A DNA stretch of 64,000 nucleotides from a virus, in IMG/VR virus record IMGVR_UViG_3300009506_000012, positions 1 to 64,000 of that record; one strand, 5' to 3'. A program made the position numbers and the translations under genes. How positions within the stretch are numbered: the stretch's first letter is position 1; the number at the start of each line of letters is the position of its first letter. Below the pieces are notes generated by a model, which saw only the letters and a program-made list of their open reading frames with translations, had not been told where the DNA came from and ran no database searches. Below, piece after piece: positions 7,227 to 16,919 of this stretch.

Positions 7227-8850
7227 TTACATCATCAACTACCATATCGAAATTTTCAATATCCAGAACTTCAATAGATTCAACAAATTCAGTATCCTCC
7301 CGGATCCATTGTGCAACCAAATCCTCTCGATCATAAACAGGAAATGGACGCCAAACATAACCGCTACCAGAGCGAGCCGAATCAAGTACATGATCTACAA
7401 AATCCTGTATATCCGGATCATCGCCAAGACCCCATAACTCATTATGTCTTGCGCTTATCAATTCATTGGCCTTGCGTTCCAGGTTGGTCCGAATCTCTGT
7501 AACCAGGTCATCTTGTGCGTTTCTTAAAATGTCGATAGCGTTGCTGATCTTGATGTACTTTTCTACGTTGCCGGCAAATTCGTTCTCCATTCGGAAAGAG
7601 ATATTCATCCCGGATACGTTTCTGGTAGAAATATCACGCAACCCATCGATGATGGTATACCAATCTACAAGAGACAGGAGCTGATCAACCATAGCTGCAT
7701 AATAATCAGCTGATTGCAAGGCTTCTACTTCAAACCCATGAGGACGTTCATAATCAGAAATAGTTACCTGCATCAAAGATCCACACCGAGGACACGGATC
7801 ATTAGCCGTAGTGATAAACTCGTTACCTTGATACAGTTTGGGATTGTAATTAACAGGTGATACGCCTATCGAAAAGGCTTCATGCCCGCAGGAAGAACAG
7901 GTGGCCATAACAAGTGCATGCTGGTCAGCCCATTCCCGGTAAGCAGCATTATTCATTTTGACCTGGTAGCTGGCTTCCCACGGATCCGGAGTAACATCGA
8001 TCACATGTTCCGGGCGAACTCCTACTCGAGCTTCACCAGTAATATCAATGTACCGGCGCATCTGGTCACCAAAAGTAGGCCCAATTACAGCCTGACCATC
8101 ATAATCATGATCAGATAGGTGTAACACTAGATTCTTGGCACCTTTAAATCGGTCCTCTCCCCAGTAATCTCCCCATCCAAGCTGACGCAAAATCCGTTCA
8201 GTGCTGGCTTTCGAATTTTTGCCTTTTCCTGAAGTAACTGCGATACATCCCAATGCCCCTGAAGCAGCTACAAAGTCATCAAAAAGACTATCTTTCTCGA
8301 CAGCCATAAAAATATTCAGTCCATCAATGAGCTGATTTTCAAATCCAAAGATATTGCGCATCCTGGAAGCATCCTCAACCCATAGATCCTTGTAAGTGCA
8401 TTCGTTGCTATCCACGAAGCCAGCATATACCTGTGACAACCTTCCCGACCACTGGATATCATTCATGACTTTCTTCCCGCTTGCATCAATATCTACTTTG
8501 TCCAGCAAAGCAGCCAGCATCTGGGAAAACTGCTTAAAGTACGCATACCAGTGTCGGCGCAAAGCCTTGGGCTTATTGTCTTGTTCCGGCCCACCCAAAA
8601 GGTCATACAGCATCATTTGCACAAGAACGACCAGACGGCAAATTCCAATGATGTTAGGTGCATTTCCATTCGTGGCCTGATCTACGGCACGAAGGAATTT
8701 TGCAGGATCATCACGTAATATCCGCACAAGAGGATTCTCGCGGTCCATTTCAACACGTTGTTCAATGGAATATTTATCCATGTCCAAATAAAACAGGACT
8801 TTATTTCCATGACTATCAATGAGCGATTTCCAATTTACACTATGTATCAT
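7210..8850 (-). CDS. Spo11/topoisomerase VI-A-like TOPRIM protein with zinc-finger insert
   Basis: LRRHWY (candidate Tyr), MAVEKDS, SGKG, HLSDHDYDG (DxD), FEVEAL; CSSC/CPRC insert. Confidence 0.6.
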   Translation of the reverse strand: MIHSVNWKSLIDSHGNKVLFYLDMDKYSIEQRVEMDRENPLVRILRDDPAKFLRAVDQATNGNAPNIIGICRLVVLVQMMLYDLLGGPEQDNKPKALRRHWYAYFKQFSQMLAALLDKVDIDASGKKVMNDIQWSGRLSQVYAGFVDSNECTYKDLWVEDASRMRNIFGFENQLIDGLNIFMAVEKDSLFDDFVAASGALGCIAVTSGKGKNSKASTERILRQLGWGDYWGEDRFKGAKNLVLHLSDHDYDGQAVIGPTFGDQMRRYIDITGEARVGVRPEHVIDVTPDPWEASYQVKMNNAAYREWADQHALVMATCSSCGHEAFSIGVSPVNYNPKLYQGNEFITTANDPCPRCGSLMQVTISDYERPHGFEVEALQSADYYAAMVDQLLSLVDWYTIIDGLRDISTRNVSGMNISFRMENEFAGNVEKYIKISNAIDILRNAQDDLVTEIRTNLERKANELISARHNELWGLGDDPDIQDFVDHVLDSARSGSGYVWRPFPVYDREDLVAQWIREDTEFVESIEVLDIENFDMVVDDVIAALE

Positions 8851-8852
8851 GT

Positions 8853-9119
8853 TTATATCTCTATTTTTGTCAGTTGATCTTCAGTGAATGTTGAAAAGCC
8901 AACCAGGGTCAAAACACCAACCTCATCATTTTTGTTTTTAGGATGAAACTCAACCAACATCTTGCGGTCAAGTAAATACATCCCATATCCATTGATGTAA
9001 CCCACAACTTTTGCCATCCCATTACAACGGTGTACATGTACCCGGTCACCTTTTTTGAATTTCCGTTTTACAGCCATTTGCCTACCATTTTTGATAAGGA
9101 GCTTCTTCAACCAGGTCAA
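8853..9119 (-). CDS. Hypothetical protein (KOW/SH3-like start)
   Basis: KFKKGDRVHV; true start probably ~9077. Confidence 0.55.
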   Translation of the reverse strand: MTWLKKLLIKNGRQMAVKRKFKKGDRVHVHRCNGMAKVVGYINGYGMYLLDRKMLVEFHPKNKNDEVGVLTLVGFSTFTEDQLTKIEI

Positions 9120-9369
9120 AATCTTTATCGGTCACATTTACATACCAAAAAGATTTCTTTCGATTGGATACCTGTTTTTTCAGTGCATCTGTTACCGGCG
9201 TCAACAAGAACACGCTTCGATCCTCGTTATACAAAAGAGCCTTAAACTCTGAAGGTTTCTTAGCGTTCTTGATTTCTACCGGAAGTAATACTTTCAAGAT
9301 TATTCTGGTAAATTTCATAGTCACTCTGCTTATCCCATATGCAACTTTTTCAGTATTTTTGCGCTCCAC
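9082..9369 (-). CDS. Hypothetical protein
   Basis: ORF in operon; start uncertain. Confidence 0.5.
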   Translation of the reverse strand: MERKNTEKVAYGISRVTMKFTRIILKVLLPVEIKNAKKPSEFKALLYNEDRSVFLLTPVTDALKKQVSNRKKSFWYVNVTDKDFDLVEEAPYQKW

Positions 9370-9379
9370 TTTGTGGAGC
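9363..9379. promoter_or_regulatory. GCTCCAC-N-GTGGAGC palindrome, copy 1 of 7
   Basis: GCTCCACTTTGTGGAGC overlapping a stop codon. Confidence 0.7.
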
Positions 9380-10515
9380 TATTTGTTTTTGAATAATAGT
9401 TCAGCGTCCTCGCCAAGTTCATCCATCATCATTTGTGCAGCTTGCGTTGCCAGTTCCATTGGTTCTCCAAAGTGCATTTCAACCAGTGAAGATAAAGCAT
9501 TCCCGATTGCAGTCATCATTTTTGTATCTGTACATGAGATCATGATGACACCACCATTTTTCAGATTGTACTGATATCCCAAAGCCTTTTCAGGTTCCGG
9601 AGCTGTCCGGGTTGCCTTACGCAGAGCTTCCTGAAAATTCTTTCGTGACAGTCCCTGGCTTGCCGGTTTTGCCATTTCGTCAAAGAATAAAGTCAAAGTA
9701 TCCTTTAATCCCGGAGTAAGCACCAAAACATCTTCCATGGCTTCCTCGAGGTGTAATCGTTCTTCTGGATCCTTGCATTCCTTGATTGCTTTTTCGATTT
9801 CTTTTTGCTTGGTCATATTGTCTTGTAGCAATTCACGGAGCTGAGGAATAGCATAACGGCTTTTTGCAAAGTTGACTGATATATCCAACATGCGTTCTCT
9901 TTGAAAACCATTGGCCTCCATTACGGGTATCAACCAGTCACACATAAAACTAATTTCACTGTGGTTCCCAGGTCTTTTTCCGACACCATCCCAATCTGAT
10001 TTTTTGGTTTCAAGAAATTCAGTAATCGTGTCTATTTCAAGAAAAGGAAGTAACCCGTTCTCTTTCAAATACATGACAAGATGTACTTGCACCGGTTCCA
10101 TGGCTTCTTGTATCCTGGTACTGATAACAAAAGCACTTTCTGCGGCACCGGCCAGCATTTTCGAACGAACATAATCGTCACGTTTGACAAGAGCAATCAG
10201 TTCATTTCGTTTTTCAGCTTTGACATATTCAAACACATCATCTAAAGGACTGATTTCTTTCCTGGCAGCTGCATCGGCCATTTCATCCAGCTGTTTCCAG
10301 AAATTCCTGGCAACCATATCTCTTGCTATTTGACCTTTTGGAGTTTTACTTGGGTCAAATAACCATTCAGGAGTTATGTTGGTTTCTAAAGGAATAATCG
10401 AGCTTTCTAGTTCTTTTTTAGTGGTGGGCAGTTTGTCACCCACGGCAGATGTATTCTGATTGGGTGTGTTTTTGGTAATCGCCATCCTTGATTGGGTTTC
10501 CAGTCTAACGTCCAT
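9379..10515 (-). CDS. Hypothetical helical protein
   Basis: 378-aa ORF. Confidence 0.7.
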   Translation of the reverse strand: MDVRLETQSRMAITKNTPNQNTSAVGDKLPTTKKELESSIIPLETNITPEWLFDPSKTPKGQIARDMVARNFWKQLDEMADAAARKEISPLDDVFEYVKAEKRNELIALVKRDDYVRSKMLAGAAESAFVISTRIQEAMEPVQVHLVMYLKENGLLPFLEIDTITEFLETKKSDWDGVGKRPGNHSEISFMCDWLIPVMEANGFQRERMLDISVNFAKSRYAIPQLRELLQDNMTKQKEIEKAIKECKDPEERLHLEEAMEDVLVLTPGLKDTLTLFFDEMAKPASQGLSRKNFQEALRKATRTAPEPEKALGYQYNLKNGGVIMISCTDTKMMTAIGNALSSLVEMHFGEPMELATQAAQMMMDELGEDAELLFKNK

Positions 10516-11018
10516 TGTTGAAATACCTCCATACTATAGATATCTGCTTTGCGACTTGTCGGTTTGTAGGGAAACGACTTCATACCTTCAGAAAAAGCCT
10601 GTTCTACGAATTGATTCCAGACTTGAATTGAAATCAGCCAGGCGTATCGATCCGGTATTTGCGTTCCAAGTGTAACGAAAACAAAAGATGCTACTCCACG
10701 ACCATAAAAGGACGTTAGAAAATCATTTTGTTTTTCAGTGAGATCAGTAAAAGGGATTCGGGTTTTTCCGGGTTTCCCTTTTACCTCTATCCAAACAGGG
10801 TAATGTTGGAAGAATGCAAGATAATCCACAATAGTCTCATCGAGGTCTTGTTGATCTCGATCTGTCATGAAAATACGACCTTTGCAAATTTGCTCATGAC
10901 CACATTCTTCACATTTTACTTTGTTGGTACAAATACGAACATCCGACCACTTGTGGATCCACCAATTATAGGAATTGGCCATAGTGACCAGTTCGCGTTC
11001 AGCTTGTTTGACGGCCAT
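10407..11018 (-). CDS. PD-(D/E)xK nuclease, RecU/VRR-NUC-like resolvase
   Basis: VDYLAF...WIEVKG...LTEKQNDFL; Cys cluster insert. Confidence 0.7.
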   Translation of the reverse strand: MAVKQAERELVTMANSYNWWIHKWSDVRICTNKVKCEECGHEQICKGRIFMTDRDQQDLDETIVDYLAFFQHYPVWIEVKGKPGKTRIPFTDLTEKQNDFLTSFYGRGVASFVFVTLGTQIPDRYAWLISIQVWNQFVEQAFSEGMKSFPYKPTSRKADIYSMEVFQQWTLDWKPNQGWRLPKTHPIRIHLPWVTNCPPLKKN

Positions 11019-11184
11019 ATTTTATCCAGTTTCTGATTCTTGCATAACGCCTGACTATATGCTTCTTGAACCACAATACTAATGGACTAGCAATACAGAC
11101 ATAGTGATAAACATCATCATTTTTTTGTACAATTCTTTCTCCTCCAAAAATTTCTTTTTTGCATTTTGGACATATCGGAGGCAT
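10999..11184 (-). CDS. Small zinc-finger protein
   Basis: CPKC...HYVC. Confidence 0.55.
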   Translation of the reverse strand: MPPICPKCKKEIFGGERIVQKNDDVYHYVCIASPLVLWFKKHIVRRYARIRNWIKYGRQTS

Positions 11185-11185
11185 T

Positions 11186-12055
11186 TTATATCACCTGCTT
11201 TAGCAATTCTCGAATTTCATCAAACACATCAATAGGCACTTGTACTGCCTTATTTTCAACGACATATGTTTTATCAAGCAATCTCAGTGCTTTCATGACG
11301 GGAGAATCAGCGACAAGTTGTTCATAATCGATCAGGATTTCAGGTTGACCGGCATCGTTGACCGCTTTTTCTACTGCTTTGTGTGAAGCCTGTTGAATTT
11401 CTGTAGTGCTGACACCTTCACCATCTTCCAGTTTTTTGATAATCGGTTTTTGTTGTTTATTGGGTAGGGCTGCAAGAAGTTCCATTCCGCGCTCAGTGAT
11501 CATTCCTTCTGCAAATGCAACATAAACCGCATCCGGAAGGCTCATAACCTTGACCAGTTTTCGAATAGTGCCAACACTGGTTTTGAATTTCCTGGCCACG
11601 GCCTTTTGAAAATCATCATTATGGATATCAGATTTCATGTCCTCCGCAGCACTCCGTATCGCTTCCATATCGGTCAAGATATTCGCGCTTCGAGTATTAT
11701 TCTCTGCAAAAGCAATCTCATGTGCATTTACATCGGTTGGCTTCAAATCCTCTCGAAGTAAAGCCGGCCATTTGACTTTATTGATATAGCGACCATGATA
11801 CTTGTGTTCCATTTCGGCCAATTTGCGTAAAGCCAGTAAGCGCCGGCGTCCCGCAAGAGGATAATAGAGCCCAGTTTTAGGATGAAAGCAAACCACAAAA
11901 CTTTGCAATACACCCTTTTCAGCAATTGAGAGAACCAGGCCCCGATCCGGAGGAGGAGCAACAATATATTTGTTTGGTACCATGTCATCGGCACAAATCC
12001 TGATGCTTTTCCCTTTTGGGTCTAGTTCCAATGGAAGTTGAAAGTTGTCATTCAT
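11186..12055 (-). CDS. ParB/Spo0J-like protein
   Basis: SIAEKGVLQ, AGRRRLLA arginine patch, AENNTR, downstream HTH. Confidence 0.8.
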   Translation of the reverse strand: MNDNFQLPLELDPKGKSIRICADDMVPNKYIVAPPPDRGLVLSIAEKGVLQSFVVCFHPKTGLYYPLAGRRRLLALRKLAEMEHKYHGRYINKVKWPALLREDLKPTDVNAHEIAFAENNTRSANILTDMEAIRSAAEDMKSDIHNDDFQKAVARKFKTSVGTIRKLVKVMSLPDAVYVAFAEGMITERGMELLAALPNKQQKPIIKKLEDGEGVSTTEIQQASHKAVEKAVNDAGQPEILIDYEQLVADSPVMKALRLLDKTYVVENKAVQVPIDVFDEIRELLKQVI

Positions 12056-12260
12056 TTTGTTTTTCTGGAAACATCAATTCGTTAATAGACAGATCGAATT
12101 GTTCTTCAAACCAATGCCAAATGGTTTCCCTGTGAGTTCCTACTGGAAAATGTAAGAATTCTTCTTCAATCTGTTCATCAGTATCAATGGGAATATCACC
12201 TAATTTTTCCCAAAGAATAGTTGCTGTTTTTCTTGTGAATTTCACAAAACTAAACGGCAT
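12048..12260 (-). CDS. Hypothetical protein
   Basis: 70-aa ORF, FLHFPVGTHRETIWHWFEE. Confidence 0.6.
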   Translation of the reverse strand: MPFSFVKFTRKTATILWEKLGDIPIDTDEQIEEEFLHFPVGTHRETIWHWFEEQFDLSINELMFPEKQNE

Positions 12261-12675
12261 ACTTTTTCTCCCAGGCTAAGAATTTATCAATCAATTCTTG
12301 ATATTCATCACCTTCAGTGGCACCACATTCCACACATTCTTGATGACCACCAATGTAAACAGTATGTGGCATTCCTGCAAATCCCTTTTTTTCTTCAGTG
12401 ACAGCGCCTATCAATTCTGTCTGTCCATGACATACTGGACAATTACCCATTTCCCATAGATCCAAGTCAATTGTGATGTAGGATAATTGACGATTGTACT
12501 TATCAGTTATATCATCCACACATCCAAGGCTTATAAAACAGAATACAGATTCCCCAGCAACTAGTCCGGTTGCCTTTTCATCTCGGTGTGGTTCCTTTGG
12601 AAATGTAACAATCGCAGCCGGAATAAGAGTGGCCAGGCCTTTCAGAAAATCACGGCGTGATACTTTATTGCTCAT
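12250..12675 (-). CDS. Twin-arginine-signal protein with zinc ribbon
   Basis: SRRDFLK at N-terminus; CPVC...CVEC. Confidence 0.65.
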   Translation of the reverse strand: MSNKVSRRDFLKGLATLIPAAIVTFPKEPHRDEKATGLVAGESVFCFISLGCVDDITDKYNRQLSYITIDLDLWEMGNCPVCHGQTELIGAVTEEKKGFAGMPHTVYIGGHQECVECGATEGDEYQELIDKFLAWEKKYAV

Positions 12676-13446
12676 TTAGTAAATTTCCTTATCAATATCG
12701 ATTACCTGAGTAGTAAAGCCAGCTTTCTTCATCGCATCCAGTACCTTTTCAAGTTCATCTGATACCTTTTTGTCTTTGGTCATTGTACCCATGAAACCTT
12801 TCAGTGGCAGCCACATGAATGCCCCAAAATCGAATTTGGGTTCTTTGTCCAGAACTGGTTCACAAGTGTATGAGAATGATGGGCGTATTCGTCCATATCC
12901 AGATTCTGAATTTACACATTCACTGATAGGAATTTCACTCCACCACATCGCAGAACAGGTATCTCGAAAACCCTCATCAAATGGCTTTGGATGTTTGCTC
13001 ACTGGACGAAGGCACTTACGATGGTTATGATTTACCTGCCCCAGAACAAGACCAATATCCTGCAAAGCGCCAGCATCCGTACACAGATAGTGACGTGATA
13101 CTCCTGGAGTCAGTTTATCAATTGGGGTATTGGTTGGCCACCGGCGTGAAATCCCGAACCGCTTGGCTTCTTCAAAGAAATCAGTTTTATACGGATAGTG
13201 CTTACGACCAATGATATCGAACACATCATAAATAGGCCGGCCATCCGGATCCGTCATGTGCTTGCCCTCTGACATCCTGGGAACAATATTCATTCCTTGT
13301 GATGACAAATGGAATGCACTCTTATCAATTGTCCAGACCGGACAAATTACAAATTGCTCAATTGGGATTCCATCTCTGGAAACTCCCCATTCAATATACA
13401 TGGCATCATAAGCCATGGATCCGCAACCTCTACCGGTTGTTTTCAT
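12676..13446 (-). CDS. Hypothetical protein
   Basis: 256-aa ORF. Confidence 0.7.
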   Translation of the reverse strand: MKTTGRGCGSMAYDAMYIEWGVSRDGIPIEQFVICPVWTIDKSAFHLSSQGMNIVPRMSEGKHMTDPDGRPIYDVFDIIGRKHYPYKTDFFEEAKRFGISRRWPTNTPIDKLTPGVSRHYLCTDAGALQDIGLVLGQVNHNHRKCLRPVSKHPKPFDEGFRDTCSAMWWSEIPISECVNSESGYGRIRPSFSYTCEPVLDKEPKFDFGAFMWLPLKGFMGTMTKDKKVSDELEKVLDAMKKAGFTTQVIDIDKEIY

Positions 13447-13790
13447 GAATTTTCAAGCACCCATTCAATCATTTTCTGAACCCATTTGTCAAAAACACTG
13501 TTGAATTTCACCAGGTTGGCGATTGGGGTTGCTTCAGAATTGGCTTTTGTGCGCAGTTCAGGCATCCAAGGCACACGAATAACATCATCGTGATCTAATA
13601 ACCAATAACGGCAATAAGCAACCTGCTGTTTCCAGTTGACTGCCATCACAAAACCAGGTTGCAATCCATTCGGATATTTCCAGTTTTTAGGCTTTCTGTA
13701 ATTCAGTTCTGCCAAATGATCAGGAATATAAACAATCTGATCACCACGTTCAAGCGTTTGAATTTCATCCATTGTAATAGAGTCCTTCAA
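13443..13790 (-). CDS. Hypothetical protein
   Basis: 115-aa ORF. Confidence 0.6.
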   Translation of the reverse strand: MKDSITMDEIQTLERGDQIVYIPDHLAELNYRKPKNWKYPNGLQPGFVMAVNWKQQVAYCRYWLLDHDDVIRVPWMPELRTKANSEATPIANLVKFNSVFDKWVQKMIEWVLENS

Positions 13791-14127
13791 TCAGTTCAGG
13801 AGGAATGTAGCTCTTTGCAGTTTCAGAATACAACTTATCCCCAAATTGCGATATGGCTTCAATGGCCAAGGAAATCGGCATATTCAACGGGACAAGTCCC
13901 CAATACGCTGAATAGTCATCTCCGTATCCAATTGACAAAATCACAATCTGATAAAAGGCTTTTTCACTGGGATTTTCAGTTATGATTCTTTTGGTATTGT
14001 CATACCAGCCTGAAACATCCCGGAAAACCTTCATCTGTTGATCGATGCGGGGTGTAAATTCTTTGCAGTATACAATTAGCTTGGTTCCCGGAGGGGGAAC
14101 GCGAATAACATTGTTGTCACTTGTCAC
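13765..14127 (-). CDS. Hypothetical protein
   Basis: 120-aa ORF, AAGGA SD. Confidence 0.6.
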   Translation of the reverse strand: MTSDNNVIRVPPPGTKLIVYCKEFTPRIDQQMKVFRDVSGWYDNTKRIITENPSEKAFYQIVILSIGYGDDYSAYWGLVPLNMPISLAIEAISQFGDKLYSETAKSYIPPELIEGLYYNG

Positions 14128-14142
14128 TTTGTCATCCTTTTT

Positions 14143-14158
14143 GCTCCACTAGTGGAGC
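14143..14158. promoter_or_regulatory. GCTCCAC-N-GTGGAGC palindrome, copy 2
   Basis: GCTCCACTAGTGGAGC between promoter and SD. Confidence 0.7.
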
Positions 14159-14167
14159 GCCTATATC

Positions 14168-14196
14168 AATATACTACCACTCAGTAGTATTGTCAA
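14168..14196 (-). promoter_or_regulatory. sigma70-type promoter with palindromic spacer
   Basis: TTGACA-17 bp-TATATT; spacer contains TACCAC-TCA-GTAGTA. Confidence 0.8.
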
Positions 14197-14944
14197 GAGG
14201 TTCATTATTATCTTTCAGAATAGTATATCTATCAGTATAACCAGGTGAAAGTTCAACTTCAACCATATCAATCAAATCCCAAGGATGAATCATGATCGGT
14301 TTAGCTTGATATCTACCATAATCACCTTCTTCCATCCAACCTGATGTAAGAGGCATATATCTTTTGGCTAAATAAACAGTTTGATGAAATCCAGGATCCA
14401 GGCCACCGGGCTCATAATCATATTCCTCACCCCAATCACCATAAGAATATCCTGAAGATGGAGGAAACCATTTTCCAGTCATGTAACGTTTTGTGTCTAC
14501 AAGTTCTATCAAAACATCTTTATGATAGGGAAAACGGTTACCAATATCACGAAACCAGAATCGCCGCCATTCAGCATCTTCGCCCACCTCTCTGCGTTTC
14601 TTGGTAGTTAGGCTTCCACGTGCTTTATATTCAGGTAGCGGATATCCGGATTTCGACATTTCAGCCACTAGTCTTTTGGCAATCTGACCGGACTTTCCAG
14701 GGTCCTTGTCAAAATAAAACGGCAATATACCCAGAAAAGAATCATATAGCAGTTTCTTGGCTTCTTCAATAACCTCATCAGGCATATGTAATTTAGGTTC
14801 AAACATATAGCCAACACGATGAATATATCGTTTGACCAACCAAAAAGTACCTAACCAGTCCTTACGTGTTTTGACACTGGTACAGTCTCTTTCGCGAATG
14901 AAATAACTCGTATCGTTTTCGACTTTCGAAAAAGTAATAGTCAT
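14174..14944 (-). CDS. Hypothetical protein
   Basis: Start moved to ATG 14944 (ATGA overlap with upstream stop). Confidence 0.65.
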   Translation of the reverse strand: MTITFSKVENDTSYFIRERDCTSVKTRKDWLGTFWLVKRYIHRVGYMFEPKLHMPDEVIEEAKKLLYDSFLGILPFYFDKDPGKSGQIAKRLVAEMSKSGYPLPEYKARGSLTTKKRREVGEDAEWRRFWFRDIGNRFPYHKDVLIELVDTKRYMTGKWFPPSSGYSYGDWGEEYDYEPGGLDPGFHQTVYLAKRYMPLTSGWMEEGDYGRYQAKPIMIHPWDLIDMVEVELSPGYTDRYTILKDNNEPLDNTTEW

Positions 14945-15540
14945 TTCCAGCTCTCCGGTATTTTTCCTTGATACAAACGATCTCCACAGGGATAAGCATA
15001 AACACAACGCCCAACCTGTTTTACTGTTTCAATCTTTCGTTTACAGTGAAAACAATAATCTACTTTGTGTTCATGAAAAGCCCAGGACCATTCTACATAT
15101 TCTTTTACAAGATCATCTGCATCTTTGTTTGTTTCTGTGTATCCAGTTTCTTGTTTATAATCAGTTACAACTTCAATAACTCGATGACATTCATCTTCAG
15201 TCATTTGGGAAATGTGTGTATTTTCAACTTCAGTACCCAAGAGTGTAGCCAATAAACGATAAGCAGCCTTACGACTCATGTTCTTGTTTTCTTTCCACAG
15301 AACATCAAAGGTATTATGTGCTTTGATTCTTAATTGTCGTAATTCTGCATTAGCCATATCTCCCAGGGGTTTTCCATTTGGATGTGATCCTACTCGATAA
15401 TCACAATCATATTCAGGACATTTCCATACAGTGCGCCCGGACCATGAACCATCTTTCCCATAGAAAACATTCGCTGAGATAGGTATTGCGGGTACGTGAT
15501 GAACAGGGCATAGCGGAGGTGTTATGGTATCATCTGACAT
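14941..15540 (-). CDS. DUF3268-like zinc-finger protein
   Basis: CPVH...CPEYDCDYRVGSHPNGKPLGDMANAELRQLRIKAHNTFD...AYRLLA; start moved to 15540. Confidence 0.75.
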   Translation of the reverse strand: MSDDTITPPLCPVHHVPAIPISANVFYGKDGSWSGRTVWKCPEYDCDYRVGSHPNGKPLGDMANAELRQLRIKAHNTFDVLWKENKNMSRKAAYRLLATLLGTEVENTHISQMTEDECHRVIEVVTDYKQETGYTETNKDADDLVKEYVEWSWAFHEHKVDYCFHCKRKIETVKQVGRCVYAYPCGDRLYQGKIPESWK

Positions 15541-16198
15541 TATGCCTAACCTTTCAGAATCAACAGAAGCTGGCCGCGTTCTACAGGCTTTAATTGCGCT
15601 CCAAAAGTTCGTCCGAGGTGCAACTAAAGCTGAAGCCTGTGAAGAAGCCGGTATCAGTGTTTGGCAATTCGAACATTGGATCGGGGAAGGTGGCCCCGTC
15701 ATTGAGAAGTTCCAAGAGACTCTCGTTGAGCAAGAGAGAGTCAGGATGGTTCAAATCTCCAGCGCTCAAGGGATCATCTTGAATCAGCTCATTAAGGCAG
15801 CTACAGCAGGTGCCTGGGTTGAAACAGTTGAAGTCAACGGGGAAACCAGGGATGTTATCATTTATCGGGATGTTAAGCCCGGTGATCAGCTCAAGATCCT
15901 CAAGTATCTGGATGGACTCCGCGCAGAACTTGAGAGCAAATACGGTGTCAAGGCCGAATCCGATGCAGCCGGGGATTATCTGACCGGACCCAAAACCCAA
16001 ATCGAACAGTCTAAAATGCTTGAACAACATGAAATGTCTCGTTCCAGTGTGAACGTGAAGCCACAGAACGATGGTTCCGTGGACATCACGTTCAAAAAAC
16101 TAATGGACCCGATTGACGTTACGCCTACAGCTGGATCGAACCAGTCCCCAGAAGTTTCTGACCCAGAGTCTCAGACAGAAGATTCTCCTGAAGATTGA
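15524..16198 (+). CDS. N-terminal HTH protein, candidate terminase small subunit
   Basis: GGAGGT SD; TKAEACEEAGISVWQFEHW HTH then long helices; only clear plus-strand gene in left arm. Confidence 0.5.
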   Translation: MVSSDIMPNLSESTEAGRVLQALIALQKFVRGATKAEACEEAGISVWQFEHWIGEGGPVIEKFQETLVEQERVRMVQISSAQGIILNQLIKAATAGAWVETVEVNGETRDVIIYRDVKPGDQLKILKYLDGLRAELESKYGVKAESDAAGDYLTGPKTQIEQSKMLEQHEMSRSSVNVKPQNDGSVDITFKKLMDPIDVTPTAGSNQSPEVSDPESQTEDSPED

Positions 16199-16742
16199 GG
16201 TTTGTTTCCGAACTGCCACCTGAAGCATTGGCCAGCTGCCGCATGAACTTGATCGCATCTGCATCTTCTGGACCAATGTAAATCGTATCAATCTTGGTCT
16301 TAAACAGTTTTGCAAGTCCCAAAATCTCAGTCTCCTGACCATAATCAGGACTCCCATCCGATAGCAAAGCAATCTTCACACCCAAGTCATCCACTCCTTG
16401 ATGGTAAATATGCTTAAGTGCATTCAGCATATCCGTGTTCCCGAAATAAGGTGTAGGAATTCCGCTTGGACACCACTCGCATAAACCGGAAAACGAAAAT
16501 ACTGCTACTTTGCCTTCGAAGCGCTTCATCAACTTCTCAAGCTCAACCAGCAACCGTTCGTAACGAGTATCACCACCCAGTTTATCTGACATATCCATTG
16601 ACCCGGATGTATCACAAAGTGTGACCATATCCACATTCATCCAGGTTTCAGCCAGGGAAGTCTGGTTGCGCTGTGCCATATCTGCCTGGCTGCCAACCAG
16701 TGCATTCCCAGTACGTTTTGCTAATTTATTATTTCGTGCCAT
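16125..16742 (-). CDS. von Willebrand factor A domain protein
   Basis: MIDAS DTSGS, GNTDM, LLSDG; start moved to 16742. Confidence 0.85.
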   Translation of the reverse strand: MARNNKLAKRTGNALVGSQADMAQRNQTSLAETWMNVDMVTLCDTSGSMDMSDKLGGDTRYERLLVELEKLMKRFEGKVAVFSFSGLCEWCPSGIPTPYFGNTDMLNALKHIYHQGVDDLGVKIALLSDGSPDYGQETEILGLAKLFKTKIDTIYIGPEDADAIKFMRQLANASGGSSETNLNLQENLLSETLGQKLLGTGSIQL

Positions 16743-16914
16743 TGTTTTCCTCATAATATTCAATGTGCAGTACATATCGATCCGGATACACACGGGGAAT
16801 CAGTTTATGAATAACGATTTCACCTGCATTGGATTTATTGATGTACTCTCCGGATTTTTGTTCAAGTTCCTCTTGAGTTCTACAGGTGATATTCTCAACT
16901 TTTAGTTTACTCAT
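16729..16914 (-). CDS. Hypothetical protein
   Basis: 61-aa ORF between J-domain and vWA genes. Confidence 0.55.
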   Translation of the reverse strand: MSKLKVENITCRTQEELEQKSGEYINKSNAGEIVIHKLIPRVYPDRYVLHIEYYEENNGTK

Positions 16915-16919
16915 AGCGT

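Noticed and set aside
15541-15702. N-terminal extension of the DUF3268-like ORF
   Set aside because: Lies antisense within the plus-strand HTH gene; the domain begins right after Met 15540
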